Shown: positions 29,470-38,600 of the stretch, in pieces
How positions within the stretch are numbered: position 1 is the first letter of the stretch
Layout of the letters: each line of letters starts with the position of its first letter
IMG/VR virus record: IMGVR_UViG_3300017917_001342
Span: 434,001 to 498,000 of that record
DNA: 64,000 bases
Reading direction: 5' to 3' (one strand)
Program-made: the position numbers and the translations under genes
Notes under the pieces: generated by a model
Told to the model about the DNA's origin: nothing
Databases searched by the model: none
Seen by the model: only the letters and a program-made list of their open reading frames with translations

Positions 29470-30666
29470 TTACATGCTCGGGATAAGATCGGTGTAACGC
29501 TTGGTGAACTCAACCCAATTCTTGAGTTTCGGTGCGTTGATCGGCAGCTTGTAAAGACCGAGCACAGTCTTAGCAGCCATAACAGCCAGTTCGTCCTCAA
29601 AGTTGTCCATGATGAACCGGAAGAACCGGTCGGTCATCTCGTGGAACTCAGTGAACGCCTTGGGGTTGGTCTTCACGTCGCGGCTAGCATCTTGCAGTTC
29701 GTAGCACAGCGCAGTGGTCAGCGCATACATGATGTCGATCTGCTTGCTGTTCAGCTTGGTGACCTTACCGCTAAGAATGTCTTTAGCAGCCGGCAGGTTA
29801 GCAGCCTGTTTGCGATAAGTCATAAACTTAACGCCCGGACCTTCCCCAACGGTACCTTTGATCAAGTCACCCAGCACTTCGGTCGGAAGATCGGTGTCAA
29901 CCAAGTCACCGTTGTCGTCGGGTTCTTGCAGCAGTTCGCTAGCAAAGTACCACGAACGCGGAGTTGCAAACGCATAGCTGTCGCCGCTGGGTTTGAACTG
30001 GTTCAGGTCGTTCGGTTGGAAGCTGAGGTAGCCAACAATGTCCTTGTGGACACGATTCAGCACAGCCCATTCTTGCCAATCGTCGAAGCTAACGTCCAGC
30101 GTCACGTGAGTGAAGCGGTTAGCCAGCGGCATCGGCATGTTGTATGCAACACCCTTGTCCTTAACACGGTTACCAGCAGCAACGATAACCACATCCTTAG
30201 GCAGCGTGTAAGTACCAATCTTACGGTTAAGGATGATCTGATAGGTTGCAGCTTGAACGCTGGGCGGAGCCGCGCTCATTTCGTCGAAGAACACCAGCGC
30301 ACGGCTGTTGGGATCAGTTGGCAAGTCCGACGGAGTGGACCAGCGGAAAACCTTGTCAGTCAGCGGCACACCAGATTCATCTTTAACAAGGTTACCGTCC
30401 TTGTCGTAGATTTTCACATCTGCCAGATACGGGATACCGCGCATGTCAGTGGGTTCCATCAGCGGCAGACGAATGTCGATCAGCGGACGATTTTGTTCGC
30501 GAGCAACTTCGGCAACAATGTCCGATTTACCAATGCCCGGAGGACCCCAAACGAACAGCGGACGCTTGCGATTCAAGCTATGGCGCATAGCCATCTTAAG
30601 GCGGGAGGGAGTGACGCTTGCAGTTTCAAGCATACGATTCTTAGTAGCAGTGTTAGCGTTAGCCAT
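29470..30666 (-). CDS. MoxR-like AAA+ ATPase
   Basis: Walker A GPPGIGKS, Walker B FFDEM, AAGNR, LANRF, ATPRSW; paired with a VWA gene. Confidence 0.88.
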   Translation of the reverse strand: MANANTATKNRMLETASVTPSRLKMAMRHSLNRKRPLFVWGPPGIGKSDIVAEVAREQNRPLIDIRLPLMEPTDMRGIPYLADVKIYDKDGNLVKDESGVPLTDKVFRWSTPSDLPTDPNSRALVFFDEMSAAPPSVQAATYQIILNRKIGTYTLPKDVVIVAAGNRVKDKGVAYNMPMPLANRFTHVTLDVSFDDWQEWAVLNRVHKDIVGYLSFQPNDLNQFKPSGDSYAFATPRSWYFASELLQEPDDNGDLVDTDLPTEVLGDLIKGTVGEGPGVKFMTYRKQAANLPAAKDILSGKVTKLNSKQIDIMYALTTALCYELQDASRDVKTNPKAFTEFHEMTDRFFRFIMDNFEDELAVMAAKTVLGLYKLPINAPKLKNWVEFTKRYTDLIPSM

Positions 30667-30702
30667 CTTGTGTGTCTCCGTAGTGTTGTTGTCGATGAGT
30701 TA

Positions 30703-30730
30703 CATTTAGCACATTATTAGATACTGTCAA
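30703..30730 (-). promoter_or_regulatory. Possible sigma70-type promoter for the AAA+ gene
   Basis: TTGACA-16-TAAATG preceded by TGTGC; the -10 is imperfect. Confidence 0.45.
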
Positions 30731-30914
30731 CCACTTTTTTCTCTGTGGGTTGCAGTGTTTCTGTGTCAATCCATTGAGCGCAGAATGCTTCGGTGTAATC
30801 AGCATTGGGATTAGGACCGATACCAAACCGACGCTTGTAGCTGGCAACAAACTGTGCCCACAACTGCGGATTGCAGCTATAGCAGGGTTCATTGCAAGGG
30901 AATTCGTCAGTCAT
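30717..30914 (-). CDS. Small Cys-containing hypothetical protein (65 aa)
   Basis: CNEPCYSC motif; on the operon strand. Confidence 0.5.
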   Translation of the reverse strand: MTDEFPCNEPCYSCNPQLWAQFVASYKRRFGIGPNPNADYTEAFCAQWIDTETLQPTEKKVVDSI

Positions 30915-30975
30915 GTGCAGTTCGCTTTCTTAGTTAACAATTGAACTATACAGCTATTGCACCTAACAAAGCAAG

Positions 30976-31374
30976 CTAGTTTTTAAAGCCTATGTACTGT
31001 TGTGCGCTACCGTTGCACATTTGCAACTCGAAATGTATGGTATGGTCAAACACTATAATAGTAGCGTCTTTATAACCCCATGGACCTTTCACAGCATTGT
31101 CCATGTTTAACAATACTTTACCTGTCATGATACGATTATCTTCATGTGTGCTAGTGTAATGGTTATACATGCTAGTAAAGAGGTTTACACCGCGTCGTGA
31201 CAGTCGCCATCCTTGGTTAACAAACAACTGCTGTCTCAACAGTATGTGTTGTTTGTATGTGGGATCTTGTTCTTCTGTAAAGACCAATTCAGGCTGCGGC
31301 GACCGCAGCCCGTATTGTTTGATCCATGTCATTGGATCACTGCATGGTATCCAATCTGTTAGATTATTTTTCAT
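30976..31374 (-). CDS. Hypothetical protein (132 aa)
   Basis: Overlaps the upstream gene by 11 bp. Confidence 0.7.
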   Translation of the reverse strand: MKNNLTDWIPCSDPMTWIKQYGLRSPQPELVFTEEQDPTYKQHILLRQQLFVNQGWRLSRRGVNLFTSMYNHYTSTHEDNRIMTGKVLLNMDNAVKGPWGYKDATIIVFDHTIHFELQMCNGSAQQYIGFKN

Positions 31375-31654
31375 CTATCTGCTGACCGCTAGTTAACAGT
31401 ACAACAGTGAATTTGTCAGTCTTAAACAGGCTGTTTAACTTTGTGCAAAGATTAAACGCATGTCCCGGATTACTAAAACTGACTTTGCGATATTTTGGAC
31501 CTGGGTAACTGATCAAACTGTTTAGAGTGCGAAGATTGATCGGTTTATTCTCATAAAAAACTGCGTATATACCAGTGGCTTCTAATATTTCTTCAGCTTT
31601 GTAAGTCTTTGGATCTGTGTAAGAAAGTAACACATTTGGCTTTGGTCTTGACAA
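31364..31654 (-). CDS. Hypothetical protein (96 aa, MSRPKP...)
   Basis: AGGAG RBS, TTG start, TAAATA at 31679-31684. Confidence 0.75.
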   Translation of the reverse strand: MSRPKPNVLLSYTDPKTYKAEEILEATGIYAVFYENKPINLRTLNSLISYPGPKYRKVSFSNPGHAFNLCTKLNSLFKTDKFTVVLLTSGQQIDEK

Positions 31655-31697
31655 TATCGTAACTCCTAGACAGCACGATATTTATCAATTACAGGGT

Positions 31698-31919
31698 TTA
31701 AAACCCTCCGCCATCCTGTTGAACTTCTGCACTGGCAATCTGTGATTGCAACTCAATTATCTGATTGGCCATGTCCAATTCTTTACTTAACAAGATTCCC
31801 AGTGCAATGCCCAACTGTTCTGCTTCTTGTATGGTAACACGTATTTCTTTACTGTTTGCAGATTTTGCAACACGTACCTTGTCGAGAAAACTGCGTATTT
31901 GTAATGTGTCGTTATTCAT
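31698..31919 (-). CDS. Hypothetical protein (73 aa)
   Basis: ATGA overlap with the upstream gene. Confidence 0.7.
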   Translation of the reverse strand: MNNDTLQIRSFLDKVRVAKSANSKEIRVTIQEAEQLGIALGILLSKELDMANQIIELQSQIASAEVQQDGGGF

Positions 31920-32395
31920 AGTTTACTGACTCTCTTTTTCTGCGACATAGCATTCTGCATTTCTAGTTTACTGCGGAATGGTCCAATGTATGTGTTGTTT
32001 AATACAGTTTGTATTCTCGGACAGTAGCTAGGTGTCCATCCATGATCAAACTCAATAGCAAAATAACCAGCAGCATATCTAGCTTTGCTTTTAGTTGCTT
32101 TGGTATAGGTAACAATTTCATCTTCTACAATGTCAAATGCTACACGATGTTTGATAGGATAGCCGTTTACCTCACCTATTTCATCACCATCTTCATTGTC
32201 AGCATCGCGAGATTCGATAGTTAGTGTGCCACCTAGATAAGAACCTAGTTCGTCAGCACTTTCAAACAGTTTGCGTTCAACATTGCCGATGACTTTTAAG
32301 CCGTCTGCTGTTGCAACAACCAATGCAGACATAGTACCGTCTTTTGACAATATCCAACTGTTTTCAGATACGTCTTTTAATTGCCAATGTATCAT
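31916..32395 (-). CDS. Hypothetical protein (159 aa)
   Basis: ATGA overlap with the RNase H gene. Confidence 0.7.
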   Translation of the reverse strand: MIHWQLKDVSENSWILSKDGTMSALVVATADGLKVIGNVERKLFESADELGSYLGGTLTIESRDADNEDGDEIGEVNGYPIKHRVAFDIVEDEIVTYTKATKSKARYAAGYFAIEFDHGWTPSYCPRIQTVLNNTYIGPFRSKLEMQNAMSQKKRVSKL

Positions 32396-33381
32396 TGAGA
32401 CTCCATTTTAAGATTGCCTTCGTATAGCGAACTCAGTGTAGACGAAAATTCACCTACTTGCTTTTCAATTCTTACCAACCCGTGTACATTACAGAAACGC
32501 ATGAGATTGATACCGATTTGCTTACGAGGTTCTTTATTTGTACTCTCAATAATAACTCTGTCAAACTTTTCAATTAGGTCAATTGGCTGTTGAGTTAGAT
32601 CAATCAGTTGACGGTTGCGTTCGTAATCATCGCGAACTCGATGTTCAACATTTTCATGATCTAGCCATTTGCTAAGCATGAGATTATTCCACACATAGCC
32701 TTTGGTATGTCGGTCTTGAAATGCTGCTTCTAGTTTAGTTTTGCGAACACCTGGGAATGCACTCATCACATTGTCACTGTCGTCACCGCGCATGCACTTT
32801 TCAAACAGCAACCATTCTGGATTAGGTACTGCAAGATCTGCGCCCTGTTTGTTTTTAGCAATCTTCCCATCTTTATCGAAGATACCTTCGTGTGTGTATA
32901 GTAGACCTGCAATGCCGTTATAGATGACAACATTTTTAGCAATCAACTGCTGGAAGTCGCTGTCGCTGCTGATAACAACATGCTGATCATCTGGATGCAA
33001 TGCAATCCATCTTGCAATCATATCGTCTGCTTCTGCATTGGGATGTCGTAGCACAGTACAATTAGTTTGATCAGTAACAAACTTTATAAATTCGTCCATG
33101 CTTTCAAAGAATACTTTGTCTTCTTCGACTTCACGTTCTGATCGCTTTGCTGCGGCAACTTTTCTGTTGGCCTTGTATGGCGGATAAAAGTCTTTACGCC
33201 AACTGCGACCTTCAAGGCAAAACACTGTATGTGTGCCATTGAACTCGTTCCACACTTTTTTAACACTGTTGAAAATAATGTGAAGCGCCATACCAATTTG
33301 TTGGTCGATATCGGGTGCTCGAATACCGTGACGAACACGCATAAACAGATTTTGTGTATCGATTACAATGTAAGTTGCCAT
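32392..33381 (-). CDS. rnh: T4 RNase H-like 5'-3' exonuclease (FEN fold)
   Basis: IVIDTQN, RSWRKDFYPPYKANR, EADDMIA, ISSDSDFQQL, MRGDDSDNV...PG. Confidence 0.85.
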   Translation of the reverse strand: MATYIVIDTQNLFMRVRHGIRAPDIDQQIGMALHIIFNSVKKVWNEFNGTHTVFCLEGRSWRKDFYPPYKANRKVAAAKRSEREVEEDKVFFESMDEFIKFVTDQTNCTVLRHPNAEADDMIARWIALHPDDQHVVISSDSDFQQLIAKNVVIYNGIAGLLYTHEGIFDKDGKIAKNKQGADLAVPNPEWLLFEKCMRGDDSDNVMSAFPGVRKTKLEAAFQDRHTKGYVWNNLMLSKWLDHENVEHRVRDDYERNRQLIDLTQQPIDLIEKFDRVIIESTNKEPRKQIGINLMRFCNVHGLVRIEKQVGEFSSTLSSLYEGNLKMESQ

Positions 33382-33408
33382 GTTATAGAATCCTGATTGC
33401 TAACGTAT

Positions 33409-33437
33409 ACTGTAGCACATTAACAATAGATGTGCAA
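33409..33437 (-). promoter_or_regulatory. Sigma70-type promoter for the rnh operon
   Basis: TTGCAC-17-TACAGT with TG just upstream of the -10. Confidence 0.6.
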
Positions 33438-33442
33438 CTGTT

Positions 33443-34033
33443 TTAATTGTCGGTTTTATACCAAAACCAGCATTCGTTAGGTGCTTGCTTTAAAAGGGAA
33501 AGATCCCAACCTTTGCTTTTGTACCAACTTGAAACTGCAAAATTCACACTGAACAAATTGCTGTCATGCCCTGCAATAATGCCGCCAGTTCGTACCTTTG
33601 GATACCAACTGTCAAGGTCGGACAACACCTGCTTCATGCTGTGTCCACCATCTATAAACACAAAGTCGTATACATCGTCATCTAACATACTAGCAGCAGT
33701 TTGACTATCTTCTTTTATCAACTTAAAGCGATCGCCCATCAACGGTATGTTTTTCAACAACACACGGTAGTTCAACTCTTGTTCAAGTTTGGTAATTGGT
33801 CTATCCCAATCAATGTATGGTTGGTAATGGTCAACACCTATCAGAGAACTGATATTCGGACATTCCTGCAACATATACCAACTGTTTATACCTCGATTGA
33901 CACCTATTTCTATGCCAATTGCTGGATAAGGTAATTTCTTAAGTTCTTTCACAATGCCACGAGCAGCCTGCTGTTTGTATATCGCAGGCCAATCGGCACT
34001 TTCTAATAATGAGTTAATAGATTTGTCGTTCAC
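33443..34033 (-). CDS. Class I SAM methyltransferase (Methyltransf_24-like)
   Basis: IEIGVNRG, DFVFIDGGH, GGIIAGHD. Confidence 0.8.
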   Translation of the reverse strand: MNDKSINSLLESADWPAIYKQQAARGIVKELKKLPYPAIGIEIGVNRGINSWYMLQECPNISSLIGVDHYQPYIDWDRPITKLEQELNYRVLLKNIPLMGDRFKLIKEDSQTAASMLDDDVYDFVFIDGGHSMKQVLSDLDSWYPKVRTGGIIAGHDSNLFSVNFAVSSWYKSKGWDLSLLKQAPNECWFWYKTDN

Positions 34034-34037
34034 ATAG

Positions 34038-34045
34038 TATTTATA
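34038..34045 (-). promoter_or_regulatory. T4 late promoter consensus TATAAATA, 4 nt before the GTG start
   Basis: Exact match overlapping the upstream stop codon. Confidence 0.6.
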
Positions 34046-34577
34046 TTGGTTTTTGCCATAACCAACTGGTAACTATGCCATAACCTTGATTTGGTACAGA
34101 CGGATCAACTTCCCTATGATCGGGTATCAATTCACAACAGGCCTGTTTGACGCCTTCATGTTGCGGATGATTGTAGTCATGTCCGCCCATCCATCCTCCG
34201 GGTTTTACTTTTGGCAACCACGCAGTGATGTCTTGTACAACAGCTTCGTACGAATGATCACCATCTATCCATACAAAGTCTAAACTGTGATCTTCGTATT
34301 CAGTTGCAGCTTCTGTGCTAGGAATCTGTTTGTGAGTATAGCGTCCACAGACTTGAATCAAATTGTTGTTAAATTCAGTTTGATAGCCTACGTCAACACA
34401 GTCTAACTTGATGTTCTTGCCGCTATTAATAATCTCTACAAGCATGTATGCTGCACTTCTGCCCATGTAAGAACCGACCTCTACAAAATGTGCAGAGTCT
34501 GATACCTGTGCAATCATATCGTCGTAGATACCGGGATAGTCAAACCATCCTTCGATTTTGTTATAAAAGTGTTCCAT
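34041..34577 (-). CDS. Class I SAM methyltransferase (Methyltransf_24-like)
   Basis: VEVGSYMGRS, DFVWIDGDHSY, PGGWMGGHDY. Confidence 0.85.
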   Translation of the reverse strand: MEHFYNKIEGWFDYPGIYDDMIAQVSDSAHFVEVGSYMGRSAAYMLVEIINSGKNIKLDCVDVGYQTEFNNNLIQVCGRYTHKQIPSTEAATEYEDHSLDFVWIDGDHSYEAVVQDITAWLPKVKPGGWMGGHDYNHPQHEGVKQACCELIPDHREVDPSVPNQGYGIVTSWLWQKPI

Positions 34578-34601
34578 TAACCTATCCTGTTAATGGTGTA
34601 T

Positions 34602-35195
34602 TTAACTGTGTTCTATCTTGCCATCGTCGCGACGTATTTTTCTCACTGTGGTGACAAAATCAGTATCAACAGGTTCCATTTCACTGAGAATACTGTTGCA
34701 TACATCGTTCAACCAACGAGAAATAATGTCATCTTCGGCACCAGTGTAGCCATTACTTTGTAGATATTCTACAAACGCAGGATTGTAATCTAACTCAAAA
34801 AATGTCTTGCTTGGATCAGTGGGATCCCAACTGATTTTTGGCATTGCCATATAGGGTTCGTTTAACAGATCAGCACGTTTACGATCATACTCTTGTTGTG
34901 CAATGCGACTATGCTTGAGATCAAGATCTAGCTTTGCAAGTTCTGTGGCATTTGGATTATCTGCATTATCAAGTTCTAACAGTTTCAATTCTGCTAGATA
35001 TTGATCAATACGACCGTATTGCAGATCAATTTTAATCACTGACCTTGTAAATTCTCTACTGTCTTCACCGTGCTCAATCTTTGCAAGTTCCACAGCAAGA
35101 TCGTAGCCACTGAGATTGTATTCTGCTTCGGCAATCAATCTTGATTTGCCTTTTAAGCCCCAACTTGCAGGCAAATATTTAAACGGTATTTTCAT
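34602..35195 (-). CDS. Hypothetical protein (197 aa)
   Basis: Clean ORF with FFELDYNPAFV...GYTG. Confidence 0.75.
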   Translation of the reverse strand: MKIPFKYLPASWGLKGKSRLIAEAEYNLSGYDLAVELAKIEHGEDSREFTRSVIKIDLQYGRIDQYLAELKLLELDNADNPNATELAKLDLDLKHSRIAQQEYDRKRADLLNEPYMAMPKISWDPTDPSKTFFELDYNPAFVEYLQSNGYTGAEDDIISRWLNDVCNSILSEMEPVDTDFVTTVRKIRRDDGKIEHS

Positions 35196-35206
35196 TATGA
35201 GTATCC

Positions 35207-36079
35207 TTATGCCAGACTAGCATACAAGTGTATTTGCAAGTTTAGAGTAAATCCATACTTGACACAATATTCTGCTGCATATTCATGGTTGCGTTGATTA
35301 GATTCTGCGTTAAGCAGGCCCGGGGTCCAGAATGAAACTACTTCGTCAATAGTGCTGCGCTCTTGCATAGTTGTCTGGTTAGAAGTTAGTCGCAGTTTCT
35401 TTGATGCAAGTGGTACTTCGTTATAGACATTCATTGGACTTACATAGATTTCTTTGCCTGTCTTGTTGCGCCACTCATGCGCCCAATCCGGTACCTCTGC
35501 ATATGGAGAACCTTCTGTAGCTTCCATAACAAATTTCAAACAGTCTGCACGTTCGAGTATTTCTGGACGCGGTTTCAAATACCGCACTGCAATCTTATTC
35601 TTTTCTAAACATTTTGGTGAACATACTAACACAGTGGACGCTGGTATAGCTGTATTCTGTGTACCGTTTGATTCAATCTGAGTTTTAGTAAAAATTCTGT
35701 CCATGTATTCTAAAAACGGACCAATGTTGTCTTGCAGCATTGGTTCCCCACCTGTCATAACAAGCACCATTTTTTTACGAGCAACGTCGCTATGATGTGT
35801 CCATGCAGGCCTATCTAGTTTTTTATCTGTGTAGAATTGCTCGATTGTCTGTTCTACACGTTCTGCGATCTGATCAAATGTTAGCCAATCACCGTCGTCG
35901 AAGAATGTATCACAGAATTGACAATCTAAGTTACATTTTGCAAGACGAATAAAGAACGCAGGTTCTCCACGAAAGGGTCCTTCACCTTGCAGTGTCATAA
36001 ACATACTAGTTACAAACAGTTGATCTTTGCTTGCGTCTTTAAAGTATTTTTTACCAATGATTTCGTTTGTACCAAACAT
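35207..36079 (-). CDS. queE: 7-carboxy-7-deazaguanine synthase (radical SAM)
   Basis: FMTLQGEG, FIRLAKCNLDCQFCDT, TGGEPMLQ, IESNGT, CSPK, LQIH. Confidence 0.9.
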   Translation of the reverse strand: MFGTNEIIGKKYFKDASKDQLFVTSMFMTLQGEGPFRGEPAFFIRLAKCNLDCQFCDTFFDDGDWLTFDQIAERVEQTIEQFYTDKKLDRPAWTHHSDVARKKMVLVMTGGEPMLQDNIGPFLEYMDRIFTKTQIESNGTQNTAIPASTVLVCSPKCLEKNKIAVRYLKPRPEILERADCLKFVMEATEGSPYAEVPDWAHEWRNKTGKEIYVSPMNVYNEVPLASKKLRLTSNQTTMQERSTIDEVVSFWTPGLLNAESNQRNHEYAAEYCVKYGFTLNLQIHLYASLA

Positions 36080-36082
36080 GTT

Positions 36083-36268
36083 TTAACCTTTGTTATCTAT
36101 TGTATGATTATGTGCTACATCGTCTGATATATCAAGTGTATCTATAGAATCCCATCCAACTTGGTCCATTGAGTCTAAAGATACAACTAATTCTACCAGA
36201 TCATTACCGTCTTTGACCTGTATTACCCAACGTCCGTCTTCAAGTTTATGTGGATATGTTTTCATCAT
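36083..36268 (-). CDS. Hypothetical protein (about 60 aa)
   Basis: Fills the gap before queE. Confidence 0.5.
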   Translation of the reverse strand: MMKTYPHKLEDGRWVIQVKDGNDLVELVVSLDSMDQVGWDSIDTLDISDDVAHNHTIDNKG

Positions 36269-36479
36269 CTTTACTCAAAATATATAACAGTTTAACTTGT
36301 GCGATCATTTCAGCCAATGCAGTATTGGTTTCAGCGGCAGCAAGAATATCGCGCCACTGCGGTTCTTCCTGTTTAGGCGATGTTGATTTGAATCGGTCTA
36401 GTAGTGGCCCTGGTAGAAACCCAAACTCTCTAGAGTATACTGTTTTGCCACCATCTGGACTTTCGTAGATCTTAGGCAT
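36246..36479 (-). CDS. Hypothetical protein (YESPDGGKTVY motif)
   Basis: Start moved to the ATG at 36479, which overlaps the upstream stop. Confidence 0.65.
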   Translation of the reverse strand: MPKIYESPDGGKTVYSREFGFLPGPLLDRFKSTSPKQEEPQWRDILAAAETNTALAEMIAQVKLLYILSKDDENIST

Positions 36480-36681
36480 TAGGTCCAACAGGGCCTTCTG
36501 TCTTAGCCTTGCGAGCAACTACTCTACCGTGGTCGTCTGTGTCCCATTCAATGACATCACCTTCTTGCCATCCAAGATGTGCAATCATTTCTTCTGGAAA
36601 TGTGATATACAGTTCGCCGTGTTCATCTTCTTCTACTGTGCCAATAAATGTCACTGCGTCTTGGTTTAGGGTCTCGGGCAT
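36472..36681 (-). CDS. AbrB/MazE-like swapped-hairpin DNA-binding protein
   Basis: EDEHGELYITFPEEMIAHLGWQEGDVIEW matches the AbrB/SpoVT pattern. Confidence 0.65.
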   Translation of the reverse strand: MPETLNQDAVTFIGTVEEDEHGELYITFPEEMIAHLGWQEGDVIEWDTDDHGRVVARKAKTEGPVGPNA

Positions 36682-37085
36682 TGATCTGAATCCTTGGTTA
36701 ATGCATGATATACTTTGGCTTCGTTTTTTAAACGTTCGTAATCATCTGCATGTTGTTTCATAGTGTTAATCGCAATGTTCATAATATCTGCAATGGCATC
36801 GTCCAACACTGCGTCATACTTATCGCCAGCTTCTCTCAGGGGTTCGTAGGCATTTTCTAGAGCTTTGTCTCTACGCAGTATTCCCATCATGCGTTCAATG
36901 CGTTCTAATCTATCGAACACACCGTCTTTGACTTGATTACCTGTTGTCATTCTATAGATGTCTCCATCTTGTAAAGTAATACCACTGCGAGTTATATCAA
37001 CTGTGGTAAGTGCAGGTTCCCAGCCATTGGTTGTGAGAATAGAACCTTCTATTAGATTAGCGGGTACTGTTATTACGCTAGTCAT
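36666..37085 (-). CDS. Hypothetical protein (139 aa)
   Basis: ATGA overlap with the upstream gene. Confidence 0.65.
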   Translation of the reverse strand: MTSVITVPANLIEGSILTTNGWEPALTTVDITRSGITLQDGDIYRMTTGNQVKDGVFDRLERIERMMGILRRDKALENAYEPLREAGDKYDAVLDDAIADIMNIAINTMKQHADDYERLKNEAKVYHALTKDSDQCPRP

Positions 37086-37381
37086 CCGTTCCTCAGATGA
37101 TGCTGCATTATGATACTGGAAACTTCTTGTCCCAGATCTTTATCTTCGCTGATAATGTAAAGTTCTGATTCATATCTATCACGTTTTGAATCATACCAAC
37201 TAACCTGTGCAACAGTACCACCGTTTGCAGTGTGAAATTTAAAATTTGCACTGCTTCTGGTACTGAGGTCATCATCAACAGCAGATGCCTTAACAATGCC
37301 AGATGATCTGCTGTTAGTAAGACGCTGATTGTCCCAGTCTTCGCGTATCCATTTAATCACTAGTTTTTTTAGAAAATTCAT
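37082..37381 (-). CDS. Hypothetical protein (99 aa)
   Basis: ATGA overlap with the folE stop. Confidence 0.7.
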   Translation of the reverse strand: MNFLKKLVIKWIREDWDNQRLTNSRSSGIVKASAVDDDLSTRSSANFKFHTANGGTVAQVSWYDSKRDRYESELYIISEDKDLGQEVSSIIMQHHLRNG

Positions 37382-38073
37382 CTAGGTGCAAACTCCTGTT
37401 GCAATTTGATATTATCAAAGAATTCTTTCTTAGTACCGGTGTCGTGATTAAATGCACCTTTCAACACTGTGGTTTGTGTTAGGCTGCTGTGTGCCATAAT
37501 ACCACGATTTTCGCAACAGCCATGTGTTGCCTGAATATACACACCTACGTCTTTACTGCCGGTGGCTTTCATAATCTCCCTGGCTATATCGTTACAGAGT
37601 TCTTCTTGTAGTGTACCACGTCGAGCACACCACTGTGCAATACGAGTATATTTGCTAAGTCCAATTAGTTTTTGTGCAGCAATAATACCGATATATGCAA
37701 CACCAGTTACTGGTTGATGATGATGGCTGCAAACGCTTTTGATTTCACTGCGTACTACCAACATACCTTCGTAACGGTCTTCGCTGTCGTTGGGAAATGC
37801 AGTTGGATTGGGAGACTTATCATAACGTCCTGACATCAGTTCGTTATAATACATCTTAGCAAGCCTGCGTGCTGTGCCTTTGCTGTTTGGATCTGTTTCT
37901 TTGTCGATTAACAGAGTATCTAACACTGCTTCAAATGCCAGTTCGGCTTCGTCAATCAGTTTCTTTTTTATGTCTTCTGTAATGAATTGAGAAATGTTAT
38001 CACCTGCCCAGTATCTTGTACCAGATGATTTGAGTTGTTCGCGAATTTTCGCGCTAACGGGATAGTTTGTCAA
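37378..38073 (-). CDS. folE: GTP cyclohydrolase I
   Basis: SVCSHHHQP, IGLSKYTR, LQEEL, HGCCENRG, TTVLKGAF. Confidence 0.95.
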   Translation of the reverse strand: MTNYPVSAKIREQLKSSGTRYWAGDNISQFITEDIKKKLIDEAELAFEAVLDTLLIDKETDPNSKGTARRLAKMYYNELMSGRYDKSPNPTAFPNDSEDRYEGMLVVRSEIKSVCSHHHQPVTGVAYIGIIAAQKLIGLSKYTRIAQWCARRGTLQEELCNDIAREIMKATGSKDVGVYIQATHGCCENRGIMAHSSLTQTTVLKGAFNHDTGTKKEFFDNIKLQQEFAPR

Positions 38074-38130
38074 TATTGTCTCCGATGGTAAGCAGTGGAT
38101 TGCTAAGAACTTCTTAAGTTACTTAAAATG

Positions 38131-38159
38131 ATTATAGTCTAAAATAGTAGTCAATGCAA
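38131..38159 (-). promoter_or_regulatory. Sigma70-type promoter for folE
   Basis: TTGCAT-17-TATAAT. Confidence 0.7.
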
Positions 38160-38165
38160 CATTGA

Positions 38166-38600
38166 CTACACTCTTAATTTTGCGCTGGCAGACGACACAC
38201 TGATCATGCCATTATACGAGCCTGTGCCACCGTTGGTAATACTGCTAGATGCACCAACTGCACCCATTGCACCAATTGATGCTAAGTTATAGTGTCTGTC
38301 ATGCCACAGTGTTTGTTGTTGATGTTCTTCAGTCTTTAGTTTAGCTTCTACTGGATCACAGCCAGTATCTAGCATAAATGTAACGATTCTGCGCATTCTG
38401 TTAAGTCGTTGGTATAGTTCTTCACTAGACTCTTGTAGATCACTCATTAAATGATTAAATCGTTCTTCTTCGTCTTTTATTCGTGTTTTAATATTTGCAA
38501 ATTGTTCAGCAGCTTGACGGTATTCTTCAAAATACTGTTCTCTAGCAGCAACTCGTTCTTCGTTGGTCATATAGGTTGGTCCTTTCCATATTCTTGCCAT
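38166..38600 (-). CDS. Hypothetical coiled-coil protein (144 aa)
   Basis: Helical N-terminal half, G/S-rich tail. Confidence 0.6.
   Translation of the reverse strand: MARIWKGPTYMTNEERVAAREQYFEEYRQAAEQFANIKTRIKDEEERFNHLMSDLQESSEELYQRLNRMRRIVTFMLDTGCDPVEAKLKTEEHQQQTLWHDRHYNLASIGAMGAVGASSSITNGGTGSYNGMISVSSASAKLRV

Noticed and set aside
29443-30720. 425-aa antisense ORF over the MoxR ATPase gene
   Set aside because: It mirrors a strongly codon-biased gene in register, has no motif or RBS, and is the expected artefact of that codon bias.
38074-38130. Riboswitch in the folE leader
   Set aside because: Only three very short hairpins, with no recognisable aptamer consensus.
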